Below are positions 50,960 through 62,530 of a DNA stretch of 64,000 nucleotides, piece after piece. Origin of the DNA: Anolis carolinensis (lineage: Eukaryota). Each line of letters begins with the position of its first letter. The first letter of the stretch is position 1. Below the pieces are notes generated by a model. That model was not told where the DNA came from. It worked only from the letters and a program-made list of their open reading frames with translations, and ran no database searches. The position numbers were made by a program, and so were the translations under genes. The stretch spans positions 19,517,190 to 19,581,189 of the forward strand of contig NC_085846.1 in NCBI RefSeq assembly GCF_035594765.1, written 5' to 3'.

Positions 50960-51225
50960 ATGAGTTTTTTCCCTTCACATGTGGTGATGATTTCAGTGTT
51001 GTTACTTTGGTTGATACCTCATATTGTGGGAAGGATGCACCCCATTGATCGTAACATAAAACCACATTTGACTAATTGCAGAGTTAATGAAACCTTCCCT
51101 GTTTTGCGTGGATTTTCTCAACCAGGAGAATTTATCATTGCACAGATTTCTTTCCAAGGCTTTTACCTGAGGAACAGAACTTATTTCAACAAATATCCCT
51201 CTCAAAGTTTGAACAAGGACGTCAT
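50960..51225 (+). CDS. V2R-D exon 1
   Basis: Hydrophobic signal ([13 protein letters not shown]), ...[12 protein letters not shown]...; AT|GTAAG donor. Confidence 0.85.
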
Positions 51226-54200
51226 GTAAGGAATCTTCTTTATCTTTACAGTAGCATTCATATACTTAGAACATTAAACAATTTGAACATTAAACAATTG
51301 TTTCTTTCCAAATGAAATATGTAGGCTATATTTAATGCATGTAAGATTTTGAGGTCTCTGGGGGCTGCCAGAAATTGGAGTTGGCTTGGTGATAGAAATT
51401 GGAGTTGGCTTGATTTGTGGTTAACAACCACAAATCTAGTGTCAATCCTACTTATTGTATTTTCATTGAACTGTGATTGGAATTTCTTTTTGAACTTTGA
51501 ATTTAATTCATTATCATTTCCCTCCATGTATTTGTTCTTCCCCTATCATTGAATGTATGTTAATATCACAGAACAAGGATCAATAACAATTTCATTTCAG
51601 CTTGCTTTTCATATGATTTTGCCAATATTTATAATTAAATTCATATTTGGAGTTAAAAATACTGACCTTGAAATTTAAATATTGAACATGGGAAATGCAA
51701 TAGATTTATTCAGTCAGTCAATCAATCAATCACAGAGCTTTGCTTAAATATTAAAGGGCTGTATTTGGATCTCTATGTTTTCAGTCATGTTAGTGCTCAA
51801 CATGGATTGACACCCTTTATTTTAGTGGCACTTATCTTTTTCAATATCCACAGGCTGGAAAGTAGAGCATCTTCATCTTCATGGTGGCCAGAGGTGCCCT
51901 ATTGAATATTAGTCTTGTGCTTTCAGGGTAAACCTTGCCCTGTTTCATGTCCCACCTTTCATTTGGGGCCCCAATCTGTTTTCAAGAGCCTCCCAAAATT
52001 GGGATGGTAGATTGGGGCCCCAAAATTTGAACCATTATAGGGGGGCTTCCCATCCATTGTCTCCCCTTCCTGGCATTCTTCTTACTTCCTGGCACCTGCT
52101 GTTGCTCCTCTGAAGTAAGGCATTCAGCTGCAGGAGGGCTCCTGGCCTACCTGCACACCTTGCTGGCTGTCACACATGCCCTGCAAACAGGCCCAGAGCT
52201 TGGCTGCAGACCCCGCCAGCCGCCAAACACACCCTCCACACTCTCTGGGTGTGTTTTTGTGTGGCGGGGCTTGCAGGCAAGGAGGCAATTTTGGTTCGAC
52301 GTGAAAACAGGCTTTCCTGTTGAGCAGATTGCTGTGTCAGAAGGGAGCTTGCTCTTTCATGCTTCCAGATAAACTGAAGACACGAAAGAAACAGGAACAA
52401 CAGTAGGAACGAATTTTGCGCACATATCTATTGAATATACATAATTCAAGGGGGATGTGGAGGGGGATACTGCTGTTTCAGCAAGTTTCCCAAAGATATG
52501 ATCCATTACAGATTTCTAAAAGCTGAACTGAGAATTCATGTCTCCCAAGCTTTATATCACTTGATGTATTGTATTCCTGAACTAAAGTCTGCATTCAAAT
52601 CTAGCTTCTTTAAGGCTAGCTACAAACTTTGGAAGACAAAGCAATGTATAAATGTGTTGTCGAAGGCTTTCATGGCCGGGATCACAGGGTTGTTGTATGT
52701 CTTTCGGGCTGTGTGGCCATGTTCCAGAAGTATTCTCTCCTGACGTTTCGCCCACATCTATGGCAGGCATCCTCAGAGGTTGTGAGGTATCCATACCTCA
52801 CAACCTCTGAGGATGCCTCCCATAGATGTGGGCGAAACGTCAGGAGAGAATACTTCTGGAACATGGCCACACAGCCCGAAAGACATACAACAATCCAATG
52901 TATAAATGTTCCCTAAACTTCCAATGTTAATTTCAAATGCATGTCAAATTAACAATATATGAAGCTGTGACAACATGATTCAGAATCCCATGTAGATTTT
53001 AAATAGAAACAGCAAGTGTCATTGCCTTGCATATCTCAGAAGACTAGCAAATGCTTTATGAAGCATCTTATGTGCAATTGTCTTATTTAAAAAATGTAAG
53101 CTTTACTGTTGCTTCATATTTTTAGAATTTTGTTTAATAGACTGTATCATTAATTACAGCGTGGTGTCAAATTACTATCAGCAAGTTCTCGCTCTGGTAT
53201 TTGCTATAAAAGAGATCAATAACAATGACATGGTTTTACCCAATATTACATTGGGATTCCAAATCTATGACAATGCCTTCAATTTCCAGATGACGTATAA
53301 GGCCACCCTGGACTTGCTTTCCACACAGCATAAATCTGTCCCAAACTATAAGTGTGGCATCCAGAACCACTTGGTAGCTGTCACTTCAGGAATTCAGTCT
53401 GACTTCTCAGTTTACATAGCAGATATCCTTAGTGCCTACAAGATTCCACTGGTAAGTTTCTGGAGAGTGTAAAAAAGTATCACACAGTGAAACATTTCAT
53501 TCTCATTCACAGATTTTGTGAATCTCTGCTGGTGGTCAAAGTTTGTTTTTAATTATTATTCAAGTAACAAGGTGGGACTGCAAAGGAGATTCGCCCATGT
53601 AAAGTGAATCAGGGAAATACTTGTGGAGGCATATCCTTAGGAGGTTGTGATAAACTGCATCTGAACTGTAATCCATCAGGCATCTGGATATCAAAGTGAA
53701 GCCATTCTGTTTGTTTGGTTGGTTTCTTATACTTGCATCTAATGCTAATGAACATGGATAACTTTAATGCATGATTAGGAAAGTATGGTACTGTCCAATA
53801 TGGTAAACAATGTATTTGCAGAAATGCAGTTATTAATTATAGCTATTTGATAATGACCTTGTGGAGGCATATTCTTAGAAGGTTGTGATAAACTGCATCT
53901 GAACTGTAATCCATCAGGAATCTGGATATTCATTAATAAATGGATATAAACTATTAGAAAAATGAACTTTTATCATTTGGAGGGCCAAAGTTTGCCCATG
54001 CCTGGGTTAATGGTTCCTATTCTTTCCTTTGTCTGTTAGTCACTTGAAGGTGCCTAACTTTCTCACTAGCCCATTTTCACAATGATCCTGTGTCATAGCT
54101 CTGCTGGGCGAGAGTGATTTGCCCAAGTCATGCCACCTGCTTCTCCCGAGTCTTCATCTAATATTCAGGGAAGTCATTCTACCCCTCTATTCTGCCTTGG

Positions 54201-57200
54201 TCAGACCACACCTGGAATACTGTGTCCAATTATGGGCATCACAATTTGAGGGAGATGTTAACAAGCTGGAATGTGTCCAGAGGAGGGAGACTAAAATGAT
54301 CAAGGGCCTGAAGAACAAGCCCTATGAGGAGCGGCTTAAAGAACTGGGCACGTTTAGCCTAAAGAAGAGAAGGTTGAGAGGAGACATGATAACCATGTAT
54401 AAATATGTGAGGTGAGCTCATAGGGAGGAGGGAGCAAGCTTGTTTTCTGCTGCTCTGGAGACTACAGTGTGGAACAACTGATTTAAACCACAGTATGGGA
54501 GATTCCACCTGAACATTAGTAAGAACTTCCTAACTGTGAGAGCAGTTCAGCAGTGGAACTCTCTGCCTTGGAGTGTGGTGGAGGCTCCTTCTTTGGAGGC
54601 TTTTAAGCAGAGACTGGCTGGCCATCTGTCAGGGAATGCAATTTTCCTGCTTCTTGGAAGGGGGTTGGACTGGATGGCTCAAGAGATCTCTTCCAACTCT
54701 ATAATTCTAACCAACTGACTGTATAACACTGTCGTGCATCATGTAAGCAAGCTATTCTAACATAAATGCTTAAACACATTATTTCCAATACATTGATAAA
54801 ATAACTCTACATTTTATTTCAGTTTGCTTCTGAATCCCTTTCTCTAGACCAGCAGGACAAAACATCATTCCCTTCCTTGTACCAGATGGCTCCAAGTTTT
54901 GCTCAGCAGTGCGATGGAATTGTACAGTTACTTTTGCATTTCAAATGGACATGGGTGGGAATCTTTGTTATTGATAATACTGTTAGACAAAGGCTCCTCC
55001 AAGCTTTGGAGCCCAGGCTTTTGAAGGCTAACATCTGTTTTGCCTTTATAAAGACATTTCATAAAGTAACTTTTGTTGATAGAATGAATAATGCATTGGA
55101 TCGTGATTTTCCAGATTTTTTGCAATGCATGGAAAGCAATGCCAATGTGTTTATTGTTAATGGTGCACTTCCAGTCATGCTTAGAATCATCCAGTACCTC
55201 CAAATGGTACCCCCAGATTCGTATCAAGGAAAGGTGTGGATTGTGACAACATACTGGGATTTTATACCAAATAATGTCTGGAAGAGTCATGACATACAGG
55301 TTTTCCATTGCATGCTATCCTTCACTATCCACTCAAATGAACCAGTAAACTTCAGAAAATTTCTTCATGGCATTAATCCTTCATGGGCAAAAGAGGATGG
55401 CTTTATCCAGGGCTTCTGGGAGACGGCCTTCAATTGTTCATTGAAAGATGCCAGTTTTAGTAAGACACAATGCACTGGGGAAGAGAAACTGGAGAATCTT
55501 CCTGGACCTCTATTTGAAATGGGTATGACTGGTCATAGCTATGGCATTTACAATGCTGCACATGGTGTGGCACATGCTCTACATTCTATGAAGGAATCAA
55601 GGTCCAAACACAGATCACAGATAGCTGGTATGAAACTGGAGCCCCAACATCTTCTGCCCTTTCAGGTAACATTTTTGCATAATCTGGGAAGAGTCTTGTG
55701 GGAGTAGAGAAATTTAGCATTGTGTAATGGTTTGAGCACTGAACTACAAATTTGAAGATCAGGGCTTGATTCCGTGTTCAGCCATGGAAATGTACTAGAC
55801 AACATTAGGTAAGTCACACACTTTGAGACACAGAAGCCCTTGTGATATGTTCACCTTAGATTGCTTGCTGAAGCTATTCCATTATGACGAAGATCAGGTG
55901 TCACTTCACTGGTTGCTATTAATTTTTTTCAAATGAACAGCCAGCCAGTGAGTTGTTTAGAGTTGTCCTTTCCTAGACCAGAGTTAGAGGATAAAGAACT
56001 TATTAATCTAATTCAGTGGTTCTCAATCTGTGGGTCCCCAGATGTTTTGACCTTCAACTCCCAGAAATCCTAACAGCTGGTAAACTAGAAGGGATTTATG
56101 GGAGTTGTAGGCCAAAACACCTAGAGACCCACGGGTTGAGAACCACTGACCTGAGTGGTATACCACCACATGTCATTTCAAAAAATGTGGATTTCTTCAC
56201 AGTAGCAGCTGGGTGTACAGGATGAGTATCCCTTATCCAAAATGTTTGGGATCTGAACTGCTTTGAATCTGGGATTTTCTTTTCAGATTTTGGAATACTT
56301 TTGTGTGTTCATACACACATTAGAATCTTGGAAATGAAACTGAGGTCTAGACATAAACATCATTGACATTTCATATATCAAAATTTATACATTTGTGTAC
56401 ACTGAGCCATCAGAAAGAGGAGACGTGACTATCTCATTCATCCATGTGGACAATTTTGTATTTTTTAGTACAGTACTTCAAATTTCAGAATTTCATATGG
56501 AGGGGTGCTCAACCTGTATTGTGTGACCTCCAGTTGTCTGCAATGTTGTTACTTAGACACCACTATAGTGGTTTCATTGAGTCAATTGTAGAAATGCTGG
56601 TAAACTACAAGCAAATTCAGTTCACCCAAGGAAGCTAACCTAGTTGAAATAAATAATAGGATTTGGGGGCATATTTTTAGATGCATGCATACTGTAGAAT
56701 TCATGCAGATTGACACCGCTTTAAGAGCTGTGGCTCAATGGCATGGAATTCAAGGAATTTTAGTTTGGTGAGGCACCAGTACTCCTTGGCAAAAAAAAAA
56801 AGGCTATATACCTGTAAAACTACAGTTCCATAACATTGAGCCATGGTGGTTCATTATATGGTATAAATACACCTTTGATGAAGAATTAATTGGGCTGAAT
56901 ATATAGTGAGCTAAACCAATACAGGGAAGGGCTATCACAGTGCGCAATCCAAGACATTTTAGTCCCTTTCTATTTTTTTTACCCTCTGGTTTAGCTCCAC
57001 ACCTTTCTCAGGGGCCTTTCATTCAACAACAGTGCTGGAGAGACTATAAGATTTAATGATGACCGAAAACTGATTGCAGGTCTGGATGTTACAAACTGGA
57101 TAACATTCCCAAATCAATCTTTTGTTAGAGTAAAAGTTGGAAGCCTGGATCCTCAGGCTCCTCTCGGTGAAGGCTTAAAAATTTTCAGTGAAAGCATTAT

Positions 57201-58088
57201 CTGGCATCCAAAGTTTAATCAGGTGAGACTGACAAAGTATATTTCCACATTTTCATTTTTTTCAAACCTTGCAACCTTACCCTTTAATATGTGTGGTTTA
57301 ATAATATTTCATTGAAAAGTGTTAAGAATAGGATATTAATAATTTGTAGACTTAGTTTAAAAAAAAACCCCAAATTGGACCAAATCTTTTTAATCTAGCT
57401 TGCATACTATCAGAACTGTTCTTCTTTAGGGTTCCATATAGTCAAACAGCCATTTAGGGCATCCTCAGATTGAATGTGGCCTCCATTTCTATATGCTTCA
57501 AAGACAAAATCCCATGGATCCCATCAAATGATGTACAGCTTGTTCCATGGGTTGCCTATGAGATTCCACCTCTGTAGCATGTAGATTTTAAAGATGAGCT
57601 GGAATAGAATCCATTTGTCTTCCTGGACTTAAAAATGCTTAGAAATGGGTATTTTTTCATGGGTTAGAAAATGGCGCATTTAGCCATTTTCAAATCTTTA
57701 TTCTGATATTTCAGTGTGGACCTTCACGTGGGTAGTCTTTTCAAGTCCTTTGATGCTCCTTCTGCTGGTATTACTCTTAGGACTTCTATTCTTTTTTTGT
57801 GTTGCTGCTGTAATTGCACACTTTTTACCTTTGAAATTTTGCAATTGCACAAGTTATTTTTTTCAAAAACTGACGTGGGCAATCCACAGACAACAAAATG
57901 AAAAGAAACAACAGTTGCCTATATGATGTGGAATAAAGTGCATGGTTTAACTAGGAATAGGCAGAGGCACATCTTATGTGATGCGAGGTGAGTGAAGTCT
58001 CCACCTCCTTTTAAGATGGAACACCATGGAATGCAACACAAAGAAGATGCTACCTTCCGCTTACCCCCCTTGTGTGATGATGCTCTAA

Positions 58089-58146
<58 letters not shown>

Positions 58147-61100
58147 TGATATGCAACAAGATTAGTACACAGCAAACAAGATCACTATGCTCGCTGTTGT
58201 ATTGGATCACACATCAGACACTTCCCAAGTGTCTACGACTATGTGATATATCGGCGAATAATGCATGTAGATGTGAGTAGAATGGATGTTTGCAGCTGAC
58301 AGATGGTAATTTTGTCAGCGCTGATTGTTTTTGAGTGTTGGCCAAGATATTTTGGCACTGCACACAGTGTGCCGATCACCATTGGGACCACCCTTACTGG
58401 CTTGTGCCAGTTCAATCTTTAAATCTTCCTATCGTGTCAGTTTTTCCAGTTGCTTCTCGTCAATTCTGCTGTCTCCTAGGTCTACATCAATGATCCATAC
58501 TTTGTTTTTTAACACGATCATGAGTTCAGGAGTATATTTATGTTGTTGTTGTTGTTTATTCATTCAGTCACTCTGACTCTTCGTGACCTCATGGACCAGC
58601 CCATGCGAGAACTCCCTGTTGGGCATCACCACCCCCAGCTCCTTCAAGGTCAAGCCAGTCACTTCAAGGATACCATCCATCCATCTTGCCCTTAGTCGGC
58701 CTCTCTTCTTTTTTCCTTCCATTTTCCCCATTATCTTCTCCATGCTTTCCTGTCTTCTCGTTATGTGGCCAAAGTACTTCATCTTTGCCTCTAATATCTT
58801 TCCCTCCAGTGAGCAGTAAGGCATTATTTCCTGAAGTATGGACTGGTTGGATCTTCTTGTGGTCCAAGGCACTCCCAGAATTTTCCTCCAACTCTATAGT
58901 TCAAAAGCGTTCTCTCTTCCTTCGCTCAGCCTTCCTTATGGTCCAGCTCTCGCATCCATAGGTTACTATGGTAACAGAGAATATCATTGTTTTAACTATG
59001 CGGACCTTTGTTGCCTGTGTGATGTCTCTACTCTTCACTATTTTATCGAGATTGGCCATTGCTCTCCTCCCAAGAATTAAATATCTTCTGATTTTTTTTA
59101 TAAATTCTGATTTATTTGTTTATATTTATTTATATATTTATTTATACCTTGCTTTATCTCTCCTGGGGAAGACTCAAAGTGGCTAGTTTTCTCTTCTCCC
59201 CTTCTGTTTCTGTTTCTGTTGCTGTTGTCATTACTATGTTCCTTGAAGCTGACTTTGATCTATGGCAACTCTATCAGAGATGTTTTCAAATAAAGTTCTC
59301 CATTGTCTTCCTTTGAAGTTGAGAATCTATGATATGTCTAAGGTCACCAAAGGGGTTTCTATGATTTAACAATTATTGAAATTCTGCTCTCCCAGAATCC
59401 TAGTTCAACACTCTAACCACCATACCTTCATTCACAGCTTTAAAGCTGAACTATGTCCAGCAATCATTGTCCTGCAATCATGGTAGAAATGACACCAGTA
59501 TAATTGAGAGTAGAACTGTCCATGATGAATTTACTCTCCCATCCCTTGCTTATGCCTGTTTTTTCTTTTATAGTCTCAATATTTCTGCAATTGAGGTCTC
59601 AAGTTTAAATAAATACCATGTCTCTGTCATGTCGTGAGTTTGTCTCCCTATACTTGCTTCCTGACCAAAGAGTCTCCAACCACAGGGGAAACTATGGAGC
59701 CACACAGCTGGCCTGGTCATCAGAATCATTGAATTTTTCCAGAACTGTGCATGGACACCTATACCTGTACACCTCCATAGAAATGGGACCAGATTCCTAT
59801 CAATGACCTTGGGTTATATGTACCTATATTTTATTTTAGATGTTGTAAAAAGAGGCAGTCAGTACTTTTTTGTTTCTGTCACACTCACAGCATCTTCCAA
59901 GAACTTCAAGCAGTGCCAATTACTGAAAGTCAAATCAAAGCCAAGGTGATTTGCCATAACATCAACCATATTCTTGACAGTGGCAGACAGGCATGGCATC
60001 CTGTAAACTGGTTACACTATGTAACAAAATTTGAAAAATGTTCTGTTCTTGGTTTGAAAGTGTTATTTCCTGCTTAATGTACAGTACTTACTTTGAAAGT
60101 AGTTGTTATACTTGGGGACCTTTGTTTTTGTGGCTGCCACAAATTATGTTCAATTGGTTGAAACTCACTGAAAAACTATAGCAAAATGTGCTGCAGGATG
60201 TCCCGCAAAAACAATTTCTTTTGCAGTTTAATAAACTTTGTCCATGCTTTTATGATAGAACCAATTAGGAAATGACATTTATAACCCAGGAACAAAAATC
60301 ATGTTGTACTTACCATTTACAGTGTCCATCCCAACCACAGCATCTTCCAAGATAAATATTGACAAATATTGACAAATAAACACAAAATCATTTTAAAGAA
60401 GGAAAGGAGATTCCACCTGAACATCAGGAAGAACTTCCTCACTGTGAGGGCTGTTTGACAATGGAACTCTCTCCCCCGGACTGTGGTGGAGGCTCCTTCT
60501 TTGGAGGCTTTTAAGCAGAGGCTGGATAGCCATCTGTCGGGGGTGCTTTGAATGTGATTTACCTGCTTCTTGGCAGGGAGCTGGACTGAATGCCCCATGA
60601 GGTCTCTTCCAACTCTATCATATGATTCTATGATTCTAAGAAGTAAATAGAAGTAAAATGTCTATAGTGCTCCTCCCAATTTCAACCTTAATGCATAATA
60701 AGTTTTGGAATAGCTCATTTCCTCATCATATCTCTCATATTTATAATGGGTTGCTTCTTCATATGTCAATTTAAAACAAACATAAGAATATTTCCTCAAA
60801 TGTATTTTTTTCTATTGATGTTTCTGAATAGGTGCTGCCCATTTCTACATGTAATGAATATTGTCATCCAGGTTTCAACAAGAAAAAGCAGGAAAGCAAG
60901 CCATTCTGCTGTTATGATTGTATTCCTTGTCCAGAAGGGAGAATTACTCAGCAGAAGGGTAGGAGACAGACTTTTCATGATTACCAAGCACACCATAAAT
61001 TTTCCAGAAACCTGAAACAATTATTGTTGGATGTTATGTGGAAATAGAGAGGCATCAATAATCTTGGAAAATAATGCTGTGAGACAGGCTCTTATAATTG

Positions 61101-62530
61101 AGAACCAATCCTCTAGGTCACATTCAGACATGATAACCCTCAGTCATTATTTTCAACCATCAGAACCATTTCTATGGTTTACAGAAGACAGAGATGTTCT
61201 TCATAAATATTCCTACAAAGGAAGTTCAACAAAATACAAGATCAATAAACAATTGGGGCCACAATGCAAGCTTTCAAAGTTTCAGTGGCTTCTTCATCAG
61301 GCAAATATATTAAAAATTATACAGGAGCAAAATGATAATGATGTTAAAGTCACAAGGACATTATTTGCTTGAGGTTGCCAGTAAAAATTGATTCCAATGT
61401 AATAATCTGTGGACTAGAGACAAAGAGCTCAAAAAGATAGGTAACACAATTTCAGCTCCATTAACAACAGAAAAGCAACTTCTCTTAAGATCCTAAGCAA
61501 AGTTAGCTGGTCATTTCTTAGGAAGAGAACTCTGAACTTCTCAAGAAATATATGGGTGACTCTAAATTATAGAACTGATGCAGTTTGATACCACTTTAAC
61601 TATCGTTTTTGTTTTCCAGACATGGATAGCTGTAAGAGTTGTCCAGATTATCAATATGCAAACTTGTACCGTAATCAGTGTATTCCCAAGATTATAAACT
61701 ACCTTTCCTATGAAGAACCACTGGGAATCGGTATTACTCTGTCTGCTATCATTTTGGCTCTGATTTCAGCTTTGGTGTTGGGAACATTTATGAAGCATTG
61801 GGACACTCCCATAGTCAAAGCCAACAACAGGACTCTCAGCATTACTCTCCTTATCTCCCTCTTCCTTTGCTTCCTCTGCTCCTTGCTATTCATTGGACAG
61901 CCAACAAAGATGACTTGTCTTCTCCGCCAAACAACATTTGGAATCATCTTTACAGTCTCCGTTTCTTCTATTTTAGCAAAAACAATCACCGTGATTCTAG
62001 TGTTCATGGCTACAAAACCGGGGTCCAATGTGAGGAAATGGGTGGGGACAATGCTTGCAAATGCTATTGTCCTTTCCTGCACTTTTATACAAGCAGGTAT
62101 TTGTATTATTTGGTTGGGGACATATCCTCCGTTTCCAGATACAAATACACATTCATTGAACTTGAGTATCATCATGGAATGCAATGAAGGCTCAACGTTC
62201 ATGTTTTACTGTGTCTTGGGATATATGGGTCTCTTGGCTGTTGTCAGCTTTACTGTGGCTTTCCTAGCCAGGAAGCTGCCTGACAGTTTCAATGAAGCCA
62301 AATTTATAACTTTCAGCATGTTGGTGTTTTGTAGTGTGTGGCTGTGTTTTGTCCCAGCCTATCTGAGCACAAAGGGTAAACAGATGGTGGTTGTGGAGAT
62401 CTTCTCTATCTTAAGTTCTAGTGTTGGGTTATTGACTTGCATCTTTTTCCCTAAATGCTTTGTTATTTTGCTCAGGCCTGACCTGAATAACCGGGAGAAA
62501 ATCATGATTAAAAAATCCACTAACCTTTAA
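50960..62530 (+). CDS. V2R-D: vomeronasal type-2 receptor, join(50960..51225,53160..53451,54823..55665,56995..57222,60832..60958,61620..62530), about 888 aa
   Basis: Six GT-AG exons total 2667 nt with an open frame; the start could alternatively be the ATG at 50987. Confidence 0.92.
52739..52779 (-). ncRNA. Minimal type I hammerhead ribozyme motif (Penelope-type)
   Basis: CCU-CUGAGGA-U-GCCUGC-CAUAGAU-GUGGGC-GAAA-C-GUC-AGG. Confidence 0.75.
52804..52844 (+). ncRNA. Minimal type I hammerhead ribozyme motif (Penelope-type), sense to V2R-D pre-mRNA
   Basis: CCU-CUGAGGA-U-GCCUCC-CAUAGAU-GUGGGC-GAAA-C-GUC-AGG; one stem II substitution. Confidence 0.7.
53160..53451 (+). CDS. V2R-D exon 2 (292 bp)
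   Basis: [30 protein letters not shown]...YKIPL; donor GTAAG. Confidence 0.93.
53620..53929. repeat. Spaced direct repeat of about 72 bp (53620-53691 and 53858-53929)
   Basis: CTTGTGGAGGCATAT.CTTAG.AGGTTGTGATAAACTGCATCTGAACTGTAATCCATCAGG occurs twice. Confidence 0.9.
54160..54709 (+). mobile_element. CR1 LINE 3' end
   Basis: [23 protein letters not shown]...RRLRGDM; 3' end TCTTCCAACTCTATAATTCTA. Confidence 0.92.
54823..55665 (+). CDS. V2R-D exon 3 (843 bp)
   Basis: FASESL...SLYQMAP...[12 protein letters not shown]...HLLPFQ. Confidence 0.92.
56014..56148. mobile_element. hAT-type MITE (same family as 9872..10009)
   Basis: TIRs CAGTGGTTCTCAA / TTGAGAACCACTG. Confidence 0.8.
56218..56516. 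mobile_element. Old Tigger-like MITE
   Basis: CAGGATGAGTATCCC / GGGTGCTCAACCTG ends with TA flanks. Confidence 0.65.
56995..57222 (+). CDS. V2R-D exon 4 (228 bp)
   Basis: [16 protein letters not shown]...[10 protein letters not shown]...WHPKFNQ; not in ORF track, read by hand. Confidence 0.92.
58090..58540 (-). mobile_element. R4/Dong-like non-LTR retrotransposon 3' end with (TAA)n tail
   Basis: Minus strand reads TPELMIV..KVWIIDV...EKLTR...VVPMVIGTL...IIRRYIT stop (restriction-like endonuclease C-terminus), followed by a (TAA)n array at 58090-58146. Confidence 0.7.
58541..59090 (-). mobile_element. BovB (RTE) LINE 3' end
   Basis: [15 protein letters not shown]...KYFGH...GKKKRGR..RWMDGI; (CAA)n tail. 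Confidence 0.88.
60015..60308. mobile_element. Chapaev3-like MITE, degenerate right end
   Basis: TTA|CACTATGTAACAAAATTT start; right terminus eroded. Confidence 0.45.
60400..60638 (+). mobile_element. CR1 LINE 3' end
   Basis: [17 protein letters not shown]...; (ATTCTATG)n-type terminal octamer repeat. Confidence 0.9.
60832..60958 (+). CDS. V2R-D exon 5 (127 bp, cysteine-rich domain)
   Basis: [14 protein letters not shown]...[13 protein letters not shown]. Confidence 0.93.
61265..61303 (-). ncRNA. Second minimal hammerhead ribozyme motif (different Penelope-like family)
   Basis: UGC-CUGAUGA-A-GAAG-CCACUGAAA-CUUU-GAAA-GCUU-GCA. Confidence 0.55.
61620..62530 (+). CDS. V2R-D exon 6 (7TM)
   Basis: [13 protein letters not shown]...[12 protein letters not shown]...KKSTNL stop. 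Confidence 0.95.

Larger units (their letters stand above)
52656..52895. mobile_element. Penelope-like palindromic insertion
   Basis: 101-bp inverted arms 52690-52790 and 52793-52893 (one mismatch, 2-nt spacer); 14-bp TSD CAATGTATAAATGT (52642-52655, 52896-52909). Confidence 0.9.

Noticed and set aside
53620-53929. CRISPR-like repeat-spacer pattern
   Set aside because: Only two long copies in vertebrate intronic DNA, with no array or cas genes.
2536-62530. Assigning the genes to CASR, GPRC6A, TAS1R or a specific Vmn2r number
   Set aside because: Short C-tails, tandem multiplicity and motifs indicate expanded V2Rs; one-to-one orthology needs a phylogeny.
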